From Methanosarcinales archaeon (GTDB lineage Archaea > Halobacteriota > Syntropharchaeia > Alkanophagales > Methanospirareceae), in the NCBI GenBank assembly GCA_025464325.1, contig JAODGH010000039.1, forward strand, positions 1 through 60,210: a stretch of 60,210 nt of DNA. Reading direction: 5' to 3'. Position numbers and translations under genes: made by a program. The notes beneath the pieces are model-generated. The model was given only the letters and a program-made list of their open reading frames with translations, was not told the DNA's origin and did no database searches. Every line of letters begins with the position of its first letter. Position 1 is the first letter of the stretch. Of the stretch, positions 1-8,876 are shown piece after piece.

Positions 1-1511
1 TTAAAAGATTGCGTGGCACAGCACTCATTATTATAATCCTTATTTTCATAGAACCAGTTAGCAAAGCCCCATAACAATATCAAACTCTTCTCCTTCTCCA
101 GCACTGCGAGAACTTGCCGGAGCTTTTCAATATGATACGCCTCTATTGGGTATTTAGCCTCAATAACCGCAGTCTGAACAGCATGCATCGAGTAAAAATT
201 GCCCTCTCGCCTGATGAAGAATTTCCGCACTACACTGCCCAGAGCATAAGCATCGTCAAAATCCTCTAAATCGCCATGGAATATGCACTCGTAAAACTTC
301 TCAAGCACATCGAACTCAATTGCTGGAACCGCCCTCAGAGCAAGTGCAATGCTTCTCAATATGCTCTTTTCACTTGTACTCAACAACCTTCTTTCTTCGT
401 TATCCAGGAATTCCAGATGGTTACGCCAGATCTCAAAAGAGCTATCAGGAAGCGTTCTCAGGTCGTCCATCGTCAATCTCTTCTTACCCTGCGCTTCTGC
501 TGTGGCGAACAGCGAAATCACGTAGTAAGGCGTGCCATCCCCTGCTTCGAGCAGTCTTTCCTTAACACTTTCGGCTTCAACATAAACCTTAAAATACGCA
601 GCACATTTCTCGATGAGCTCCTTACTCCTGAAATCCTTCAGCTTTATCTCCACCGGCTGGAATTGATAAACCCCGCTCCACATTCTCGATGCGCCGATGA
701 ATACGAATTTCTTACCCTGCTCCCCGGTTAATCGCTCAATTTGAAGAATTGTGTTATTAATCAGTTCGCTCTTGACCTTATGGAGGTCATCCCAAATCAA
801 AATGAATGACCGGTACTTCTGTAATTCCGCATCCAGACTATTTATATTATCCTCGCGGAAGAAGCTTCGAATCAAAACGAACCGCTCATAGCCCTTAAAA
901 ACATCAAGAGCAAGTATTCTCTGTATAAACCGCGACTTACCTATACCCGACTTTCCTGTCAGCAGCAACTTGTTATTTTTGGCTTCCAGCGCGTTCTTCA
1001 CCTCTTCGAGCTCGTCTCGTTCAACATACTCGATTTGTAGCTTACCGACTGTGAGCTCGTTACTCACTTTATTTAGATCAGAAGTAATCAGAAAAGGTCT
1101 TGATTCCGCCTCTTTTGCTCTTTTCACTTCATCTAATAGCCATTCTAAATGCTGTTCAACACGTTTTAACGCTTCATCTGTGATGACGCCCTGGCGTACC
1201 AATCCCCCAAGTTCAATAACCACGAACTCCTTAAACGTCTTATCCCTACTGATGGCTTCTCTGGAAAACAACTCGTAGTAGTTCTTCGCTAAATCTTCAA
1301 AAACGTCGCTACGTCCTCCGAAATACCGCGAAATCAATACCTGCCGGGTTTCTTCTCTAAAGTCTAACCCCCGCAACTCACGAAGTACTTCATCATTGCT
1401 ATTCAGATTGTTCAGTATCGCTTTCGCTTCTTTGTCATCCGATCTGTTTATGGTTTCGCTTAACGCGATCTTCAGAATTTTTAAAAGCGTCCCTCTCCCC
1501 GATCCTCGTAA
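1..1511 (-). CDS. P-loop NTPase (AAA/STAND-like), partial; continues beyond the left window edge; 5' end possibly frameshifted
   Basis: The minus-strand frame is open from 1511 to position 1 and is not in the ORF track because it has no ATG and no stop. My translation shows Walker A LLLTGKSGIGKS (approx. 932-955) and a Walker-B-like SFILIWDD about 45 aa later, then a helical region. Confidence 0.55.
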
Positions 1512-1616
1512 TTAACTTCCTGGCAAGTGCACCTGTGCTTATAATATCGCCTATTCCGATCCCTGAGACCAGCCCAAGCCCGGTGGCAATTAACTGCTCT
1601 ATCATTTCATATCCTT

Positions 1617-1656
1617 CACAATCAAATGAATACCAGCACAATCAAATGAATACCAG
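1617..1656. repeat. Perfect 20-bp tandem duplication (cacaatcaaatgaataccag x2) covering the pdaD stop codon
   Basis: Read directly: 1617-1636 is identical to 1637-1656. Confidence 0.95.
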
Positions 1657-2115
1657 CGCGACAACGACCGATCCAGACATACCGGCTTCTACCACCGCAG
1701 TCTCCACTTCTATTCGCTTGATATCCAGCTCCAATTTGCGGCTGTCCGCCATACGAACGAGTTTCGTCCTTATTTTGTCCTCTATATAAACGGCTGTGTG
1801 GTGCCCATGATGTTCACAGATAATACCAAACGCAGTGCTGTTATTGCTATCCACGAGCCAGCCATAGCCGACACCCGCACCAATCAATTCACCCGACACA
1901 CCGTCCATACGCGACATCACACAGAATGTTATCTCACCCGGTGTCCGGTTGGTTGCCAAATCCGATAGCTCCTCGGCGTCCGGAGGCAGGATAGAGGAAA
2001 CCGTAACCAGATTACATTCGCCTATACCCGCATTCTGCAACGCAAGATCGAAAGCAACATCACGATCGTACGCGATGCCCGTGCCCGAGGTAATAAAGAA
2101 CGCTCGTGGTATCAT
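1642..2115 (-). CDS. pdaD: Pyruvoyl-dependent arginine decarboxylase
   Basis: 157 aa. N-terminal FFITSGTG and the self-cleavage-type motif VTVSSILPP match the PdaD family. Length is typical. Confidence 0.85.
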   Translation of the reverse strand: MIPRAFFITSGTGIAYDRDVAFDLALQNAGIGECNLVTVSSILPPDAEELSDLATNRTPGEITFCVMSRMDGVSGELIGAGVGYGWLVDSNNSTAFGIICEHHGHHTAVYIEDKIRTKLVRMADSRKLELDIKRIEVETAVVEAGMSGSVVVALVFI

Positions 2116-2154
2116 CTATTAAATATTATAACCTACCTAAATATAAGAAGAGCT
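2116..2154. promoter_or_regulatory. 39-bp divergent intergenic region with two AT-rich TATA-like boxes (aaatattataa / taaatataag)
   Basis: This is the only spacer between divergent pdaD and the GT2 gene. It is too short for long leaders, so leaderless or near-leaderless transcripts are likely. Confidence 0.35.
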
Positions 2155-2865
2155 ATGTCAGAAGTCTCGCCAGAGGTATCTCTCGTCCTGCCTGCGTATA
2201 ATGAGGCAAAACGTATACGAGAGACCGTGGATATCGTTGCTGACAAATTGGGTGCGATCTCACGAGCATTTGAGATCATTATAGCGGAGGATGGATCCAC
2301 CGACGGTACCGATAAGATAGCCGAAGCACTTGCAATAGAACGTTCTTATGTGCGGCATCTGCACAGTGATACCCGATTGGGTCGTGGTAGAGCGTTGAAA
2401 CACGCATTTCAACTCGCAAAAGGTGATATCCTGGTGTATATCGACGTTGATCTCGCGACAGATATTGCACACCTCAAAGAGCTGATTGGTTACATACGTG
2501 CGGGCTATGATATCGCAACCGGCTCGAGAATGCTGAAAGGTAGTGATGTAAAACGATCACTAACGAGATTGATCGCGAGTAAGGGCTTCAATCTCCTCAC
2601 ACGGGTTATATTGAGGTCTTCGTTGCGAGACCATCAGTGCGGGTTTAAAGCATTCAAACGTGACTCGCTATTCGCTATTCTGGACGAGATCAGGGATGAC
2701 CACTGGTTCTGGGATACGGAATTACTGATACGTGCACAGAGAGCGGGCTATAAAATCAAAGAGTTCCCGGTACGATGGCGATCTCCATCCGATACGAAGG
2801 TAGATATGCGCCGTGACGTGTTTGGAATGGCATATCAGATATTCCGGCTCTGGCGAGAATTATAA
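2155..2865 (+). CDS. Family 2 glycosyltransferase (dolichyl-phosphate sugar synthase-like)
   Basis: 236 aa. Motifs SLVLPAYNE, IIIAEDGSTDGT and the DVDL D-x-D region are typical of GT2. Confidence 0.8.
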   Translation: MSEVSPEVSLVLPAYNEAKRIRETVDIVADKLGAISRAFEIIIAEDGSTDGTDKIAEALAIERSYVRHLHSDTRLGRGRALKHAFQLAKGDILVYIDVDLATDIAHLKELIGYIRAGYDIATGSRMLKGSDVKRSLTRLIASKGFNLLTRVILRSSLRDHQCGFKAFKRDSLFAILDEIRDDHWFWDTELLIRAQRAGYKIKEFPVRWRSPSDTKVDMRRDVFGMAYQIFRLWREL

Positions 2866-2867
2866 TA

Positions 2868-4028
2868 TTATTGGATAGGCGATTGCATCTTGCGGAATAT
2901 CGTCGGGCATAAAATGCTCGTTATCAGTGCTAACAGTATGATCGCGGATTCCATCGTCCGGTCTATAAGCTCCAGCTGCAACCCAATTGCCGCCATCGCT
3001 ATTATCAGACTCAGTCGTGACGATAGCAGAATACCCGCGGCTAAGCTCTCTTTTAACGAATGACGGAGGCTGAACAGCAATGACGGTAATACCTTGACCG
3101 CTAATGCCGCAAGAAGTAATTTCGGTAATACATAGATACCACCGCTCGTCAGAGCCCATACATCGAAATGCATACCCACATTTATAAAGAAGATCGGGAT
3201 GAGGAACCCGTAACCGATGCCAAAAAGCTTCTGTTCTAAGACCGTACCGCCACGAAACAGTAACGAAAGCATCACACCGGCGAGAAAAGCGCCCAGTATC
3301 GCTTCCACATTCGATATCTCCGCTAAAGCTACGAATACGAGTAACAGTGCGAAAGACGCACGCACACCTATCTCTGATGGCTGATCTGATTTGAACCACG
3401 TGGATAACCGCTCAGGATAGTGCCATATCGCAAGTTTACCCACATAGTAGATCACAAAGAAGAGCGCAAATACAAGCGTGATCAGCGCCATCTCCATCGT
3501 CAACCCCTTCTTCAGATACAGTGTGTAGATCGTGATGAGTAATACGGTACCAAAATCGGCAATGAATGCCGATACCAGGATCGTTTGACCGTAATCGGTC
3601 TTTAAGAGCCCCAGCTCCTTTATCGTCGGTACCGTCAGCCCGACTGCGGAACTCGATAGCAATATGGCTGCAAATACGCCATATCTGGTACCAAAGAGCC
3701 CCACCTCCAGCATCAGGTACACTGATAGGGCAATAGTGAGGCAGAAAACGAAGAACCCTATTATAAACGGCTTTATACCGTGTACCGCAGTGCCCGTGAA
3801 ATCTACCTCCAGACCAACGAGGAACATCAGGAATATAAGCCCAAAGTTCGCCAGGAAATCTATTATTATCTGCCCCTCACCCGTTATTGATACGCCCAGC
3901 ATGCTCAGGAATATGCCGCATAAAATCTCACCGACCACTGCGGGAACGCCTATCTTGGACGATAAAAGCGGTATTATGAACGCAAAACCCGCTATTATCA
4001 GTAAAAGCACATTTGGACTTATATCCAT
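2868..4028 (-). CDS. Cation:proton antiporter (CPA2/Kef-type Na+/H+ exchanger family)
   Basis: 386 aa, polytopic. The N-terminus GVPAVVGEILCGIFL and overall hydrophobic architecture match the Na_H_exchanger family. Confidence 0.8.
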   Translation of the reverse strand: MDISPNVLLLIIAGFAFIIPLLSSKIGVPAVVGEILCGIFLSMLGVSITGEGQIIIDFLANFGLIFLMFLVGLEVDFTGTAVHGIKPFIIGFFVFCLTIALSVYLMLEVGLFGTRYGVFAAILLSSSAVGLTVPTIKELGLLKTDYGQTILVSAFIADFGTVLLITIYTLYLKKGLTMEMALITLVFALFFVIYYVGKLAIWHYPERLSTWFKSDQPSEIGVRASFALLLVFVALAEISNVEAILGAFLAGVMLSLLFRGGTVLEQKLFGIGYGFLIPIFFINVGMHFDVWALTSGGIYVLPKLLLAALAVKVLPSLLFSLRHSLKESLAAGILLSSRLSLIIAMAAIGLQLELIDRTMESAIILLALITSILCPTIFRKMQSPIQ

Positions 4029-4040
4029 CGCCTTTTAGTA

Positions 4041-5198
4041 TCACACCACCGTTAATACCGAGCAGGGTGCGTCATTTATTATCCTCTTTATCAGGTCACC
4101 CCGGATAACCCCGGTACCTCGCCACGGTATCACTGCGAGCTGGTATTTACCGCATTTCACCGCCTTCACTACTTCTATCATTGGGTTACCTTCCACCCAA
4201 TTCTCCTTTATCCGTACGTTCGCTTTCGCACCCTGTCTCTTCAGCCATTCAACTTCGTCTATTACCACCCCCTGCTCACTTAGAATGAGCAGATCTAACT
4301 CGGCACCACTCAGGTGGGCTAACAGGAGTGAATACCTGCAAACTGAATCAACACTCTCAGAGGAATCGATAATCGCGAGAATACGCTCATAATATCTGAA
4401 TGTACGTGCCACAAGTACCGGACGCGATGCGCATCTTATCAGTTTCAGTACCACACTCCTGCCGAGCAATCGATCCATGAAACCAAGCTCTTCCTGGTCG
4501 ATTATTATACAATCAGGATGATAATGGTGCTCTTTCACCCGCTCTAATATTACGCAACCGTGATAACGCAAATGCCGCTTTAGTATCTGCATCAGGTGCT
4601 CTTCCTCTATCAAAACCCGCAATCGCACACCCAGCTCTGCCGCAAGCATCTCCATTGCTCTACGATCTATATCAGGCGAAGTTATCACCGTGAGCTCAGC
4701 TTTTGCAGCCGATGCAATGAGTAACGCCTCTTTAAATGCCTTTCCTACCGCCTTTTCATTCAAAATAGGAACAAGAATCTTATTGAATGGTACATCCACA
4801 CCCTCCTCCTCAGGACTCCGTATCAGGTTCGCTACAAGATTCGCCACCAGCTTTGAGGGCAGCATTATGTACTCCACGCCCAGTTCCGCAAATCGCTCCT
4901 GATCCTCCGGATCCTCCACACGGACTATTATCCTCGGCACACCGTATCGCTTCGCAATCGCTGCTGCACGGTAGTTCACATCATCATCGCTCGTCAGTGC
5001 TATGAAGGTCCCAACATCGTCCAGACCAACCTGCTTCAGTAACTCCTCATCACTACCGTCGCCTATGACAACCTTTACCCCGTCCAGACATTCCAGTTGC
5101 GCCTTCTTAGCTGGATTGATCTCTATTATTACCGCATCTGGTAACTGAGTAGCAAGCTCTTTACCCGCTCTTCCGCCTCCTATTATAATCGTCTTCAT
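4041..5198 (-). CDS. TrkA-N (RCK) NAD-binding domain fused to two universal-stress-protein-like domains
   Basis: 385 aa. Rossmann motif MKTIIIGGGRAGKELA at the N-terminus, followed by two Usp-like halves (ILVPI..., ILAIIDSSE...APCSVLTVV). It lies directly downstream of the antiporter on the same strand. Confidence 0.65.
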   Translation of the reverse strand: MKTIIIGGGRAGKELATQLPDAVIIEINPAKKAQLECLDGVKVVIGDGSDEELLKQVGLDDVGTFIALTSDDDVNYRAAAIAKRYGVPRIIVRVEDPEDQERFAELGVEYIMLPSKLVANLVANLIRSPEEEGVDVPFNKILVPILNEKAVGKAFKEALLIASAAKAELTVITSPDIDRRAMEMLAAELGVRLRVLIEEEHLMQILKRHLRYHGCVILERVKEHHYHPDCIIIDQEELGFMDRLLGRSVVLKLIRCASRPVLVARTFRYYERILAIIDSSESVDSVCRYSLLLAHLSGAELDLLILSEQGVVIDEVEWLKRQGAKANVRIKENWVEGNPMIEVVKAVKCGKYQLAVIPWRGTGVIRGDLIKRIINDAPCSVLTVV

Positions 5199-5451
5199 CC
5201 AGAGTAACTAAAAGCCCCTTATGATATATTTGCATTACAACAGGTTAAATACTTTATTGAGCCCGTGTTGAGACATTTGCAATATCTTTCCATTTATTAT
5301 CCTTTGCCTGACCGATGAATATCGATGTATGTAACGTTTTTTTATTTTATTATTTTATAACTTGCTTTTTTATATGTCCATGGGCTGGCGGCAACGAAAC
5401 GCCTTGCCCCTGCGGGAGCATATGTTCCCGGAACTAACGTTATGATAAAAG

Positions 5452-5952
5452 ATGCGTATAGAAGACGAGCATAGGAACGCGATATTGAAGATACTGGAGA
5501 ACAACGCGAGGCTGACCGATAGAGAGATAGCGATTCAAACGGGTATTGAGGAATCGAAAGTGAAGGAGATCATAAAGGAACTGGAGAACCGGGGCATAAT
5601 AAAGAAATACAAAGCGATCATAAATTACGAAAAAGCGGGTATAGAGACCGTCCAGGCTCTGCTGGATATTAAAGTCGTGCCGGAACGGAACAAGGGCTAT
5701 GATAGCATCGCCGAGCGAATATCGCGATTCCCGGAGGTGAAGTCCGTGCGGTTGGTCTCTGGTGAGTATGACCTCTCGGTACTGGTCGAGGGCAGGACGA
5801 TGCGCGAAGTTGCTTATTTCGTCGCGGAGAAGATCGCACCTCTTGAGCACGTTCGTAACACCGTGACACATTTCCTGCTACGCACGTACAAGGAGAACGG
5901 CGAGATGCTCGAGGAAGAAGAGGAAGGGCGGAGATTGCGCGTGACATTATAA
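5452..5952 (+). CDS. Lrp/AsnC family transcriptional regulator
   Basis: 166 aa. N-terminal HTH (ILKILENNARLTDREIAIQTG) and a C-terminal RAM-like domain. Confidence 0.85.
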   Translation: MRIEDEHRNAILKILENNARLTDREIAIQTGIEESKVKEIIKELENRGIIKKYKAIINYEKAGIETVQALLDIKVVPERNKGYDSIAERISRFPEVKSVRLVSGEYDLSVLVEGRTMREVAYFVAEKIAPLEHVRNTVTHFLLRTYKENGEMLEEEEEGRRLRVTL

Positions 5953-8517
5953 AATCAGCCGCAAGCTGACTATTTCAAATGGCTTTACTGTCAGTTCTAT
6001 CCGTCTGCCGGTTATCTTCAATTCCCTTGTATCCGGCTCCGGCTCTTCCAGCAGGTTCACCACTTTCACCGTTTTTGGCGCTCTGAAGAGCGTTATTTCT
6101 GCATCCGTAACATTGCCCTGCGTCTCATAAAACCTCAGGATCACTCCTCTCTCATCTTCCGCTCGCTTCAATGCCGCTAAAATCACATTTGCCGGCTTGA
6201 TCTCAATGAACGAACATTTACGCGGCAGTTTAATACCTCGTGGTAATTGCATCGCATCCATATCACAATTGAATTCCAGCGCACGGCGATATGAAGCAGC
6301 AGCCCGCCAGTCGCCATCGTGTGGATATATCGAATATCGAAACACGTATTTCTTCAATTCCTGTGCGTCCATAACCGGTATTGCGGGACCCGACGTACCA
6401 TCGGATGATAGTACAGAAACGCTCCTCAGTAATGTCAGATAGATATCCCCGTCCCTTATCTCGTTCTCCGGTATACCCCTGTGGATAACCGTGACGCCTT
6501 TATTACCATCAGAATAATCGAGCCATTTCAGAGATGGATAGATGCCACTGGGCGGCTCCACCCAATCTTCAGCATCCTCTGACCTGCCGTGATCGGTCGG
6601 ACGATTTACAACACCAAACTGGCTACCACAGGCATAATCCCGTACTCTCATGTCCGTACGGAATCTGATCCTGAGTCGTGCTCGCGGATGCTTATCTTCT
6701 ATGAATGTTATGAAATCAATTCTCGGTATGTCACGATAGATAATTATCTTCTTCTTGCATTCAAGGAACTTATGCCGCCATAAACGGGGCTCCAGCTTAT
6801 CTGTCAGTCTGTATGGCCATCGTAACGAGAAATAATTGGTTTCTATGTTGATGACACGTCGCAGAGGGCTTTTGTTCACCCAGAAGTTGTCCACACGGAA
6901 TGCACCGTACACCACACCCTCGCCGCTTTCTGTCTTCAGCGGTATGTCCAGTCTCTGCCGGTGATAATACAGATCCCCGGTCTCCTCCTCCAGTACGAGC
7001 TCATTGCCTCTGCATATCCGCTTACCTGAACGGCTGGTAACGTCGATCAAACCCGTAGCAGGATCAACTTCGACCGAGAAGAAGCGATTCTCTATGGTAT
7101 TGCCCCGCATTAATATATAGTTCCACTGTCGATGTCTGGGCTTACGTTCAAGAATCCTATACACTTTATAACCCATTGCGGGAACCGTGGCTACAAATCC
7201 GATCTTCGCGTATCGTAACGAATCATCATCGTGCTTTGCAAATTTTATTAGCTCAACGTCTATCTCCTCCCCACCGCTCTTCAAGCCACCTATCGTCACC
7301 ACCCGCCCACGCTCGAAATACATCTCCATCTCAACCCATGTACTCGCTTCCCACGACAGCGGATTGAATACTACTATGTCTCCGGGCTCACCATCGTCTG
7401 TCGCTTCCTCTGCCAGTATTGTATTGAATATACGCGGCGTTAGGGCAAATAGTGTGGTCCTCAGGTAGCCCATGTACTGCCTTATCTCCTCATAGCCGCG
7501 ATCCATGCCCGTGCCCGGTATGACATCATGAAAAGCACTGAACAGTATCTTCTGCCAGCATCCCAGCAGGTCATCGAACGGATAGAAACCGCGCAATAAA
7601 TACGCTACTGTAGCCCAGCGTTCGCACCGTAGCAACCAGCACTCATAATTACAAAGCCCCAGTTTCAGCCACATACGGCTTGAACTGCAACTCGGAAACA
7701 CCCTGGAGTATCGTCCTGAATACATCTCGCCCTTTCTGACCTCGAGATTAGCTTCCTCTGCCTCCTTCTCCATCGCTTCGAAGAATTCGCCCGGTGTCGC
7801 GATCTTCATTACTGCCACGTCACCTTTTTCTTCATTCCATGCCCGTACTGCATCCGGCATATCTGGCTGTGGCAGTGTTACCTCATCGCCCGAAGGCATA
7901 AGTATGTGCGATGTCGCTGCTAACTCCTTCAGTTCCTTATAGCTCTCCTCCAGCTTCGCCATGTTCAGGTCCAGACCTGCCCGATACCCGAGTGGCATCC
8001 AGTGCGCTAAAATCCGTGTACCATCGAGCCCTTCCCACAGGAATTCCGATGGCTTACGTTCCGGTACGCCCCTCCGGAATGCTACATACCGGTAACCCGC
8101 TTTTTTATATATCTGTGGTAACTGGGCGTTCAATCCGAAGCTATCTGCCTGCCACATCACCGGTACATCAACGCCAAATCGTTGCTTTGCATATCGCTTA
8201 CCCGTTAATATCTCTCTTATCAGCGTCTCACCATCCGGGAGCATCGTGTCCGCCATGAGATATTCTCCATCAGCGATCTCGATCTTGCCCGCCTTTATTG
8301 CATCCGATATCCGCGAGAACAGTTCCGGACACCGTTTCTCCATCTCCTCCAGCAGGTAGGTCTGTTCTATCACAAACCTGAAATCCACCTGATCAATTAG
8401 TTCTGCCACAGTCCTCAGAACAAGCATGAGGTTGATGTACAGATGCTCCTCTTTCGTGAACACCCAGAGCGCGTCGAAATGCGCATGTGGAACGAGATAA
8501 ATCGTGTCCTTCTTCAT
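5947..8517 (-). CDS. Glycoside hydrolase family 38 (alpha-mannosidase-like)
   Basis: 856 aa. The N-terminus IYLVPHAHFDALW and the size/domain layout are typical of GH38. Confidence 0.75.
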   Translation of the reverse strand: MKKDTIYLVPHAHFDALWVFTKEEHLYINLMLVLRTVAELIDQVDFRFVIEQTYLLEEMEKRCPELFSRISDAIKAGKIEIADGEYLMADTMLPDGETLIREILTGKRYAKQRFGVDVPVMWQADSFGLNAQLPQIYKKAGYRYVAFRRGVPERKPSEFLWEGLDGTRILAHWMPLGYRAGLDLNMAKLEESYKELKELAATSHILMPSGDEVTLPQPDMPDAVRAWNEEKGDVAVMKIATPGEFFEAMEKEAEEANLEVRKGEMYSGRYSRVFPSCSSSRMWLKLGLCNYECWLLRCERWATVAYLLRGFYPFDDLLGCWQKILFSAFHDVIPGTGMDRGYEEIRQYMGYLRTTLFALTPRIFNTILAEEATDDGEPGDIVVFNPLSWEASTWVEMEMYFERGRVVTIGGLKSGGEEIDVELIKFAKHDDDSLRYAKIGFVATVPAMGYKVYRILERKPRHRQWNYILMRGNTIENRFFSVEVDPATGLIDVTSRSGKRICRGNELVLEEETGDLYYHRQRLDIPLKTESGEGVVYGAFRVDNFWVNKSPLRRVINIETNYFSLRWPYRLTDKLEPRLWRHKFLECKKKIIIYRDIPRIDFITFIEDKHPRARLRIRFRTDMRVRDYACGSQFGVVNRPTDHGRSEDAEDWVEPPSGIYPSLKWLDYSDGNKGVTVIHRGIPENEIRDGDIYLTLLRSVSVLSSDGTSGPAIPVMDAQELKKYVFRYSIYPHDGDWRAAASYRRALEFNCDMDAMQLPRGIKLPRKCSFIEIKPANVILAALKRAEDERGVILRFYETQGNVTDAEITLFRAPKTVKVVNLLEEPEPDTRELKITGRRIELTVKPFEIVSLRLIL

Positions 8518-8539
8518 ATTACAGGCGCCAATAGCTCAG

Positions 8540-8875
8540 TCAGCATACCTGACTGCCTGGTGGTACTTCCCTGTCCGGGTGCAGCAGTACGGGCTTGCCA
8601 TCAACAACAACAGCGAGAAGCATGCCCTGACTCTCCTCTCCCATCAGCCGTACTGGTTTCAGATTCACCAGTACGGGTACGAGTTTACCAGTGAGCTGTT
8701 CGGGATTGTATTCACCAGCAATGCCCGCAACGAGCTGTATGGTCTGACTCTCACCGATATCCACATCGAGTTTTATCAGCTTCTTACTGCCCTTTATTCG
8801 TACCGCATTCTTTATCTCTCCTATTCGAATGTCCAATTTCTCAAAAACCTCTATTCCTATCGTCTCTTTTTTCAT
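8540..8875 (-). CDS. tRNA-binding domain protein (CsaA/Trbp111/EMAP-II-like OB fold)
   Basis: Motifs LDIRIGEI...KLIKLDVDIGE...QLVAGI...VNLKPVRLMGEESQGMLLA match this fold. I prefer the ATG at 8875 (MKKETIG), 1 nt after the gatE stop, over the track start at 8899, which overlaps gatE. Confidence 0.75.
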   Translation of the reverse strand: MKKETIGIEVFEKLDIRIGEIKNAVRIKGSKKLIKLDVDIGESQTIQLVAGIAGEYNPEQLTGKLVPVLVNLKPVRLMGEESQGMLLAVVVDGKPVLLHPDREVPPGSQVC

Positions 8876-8876
8876 A

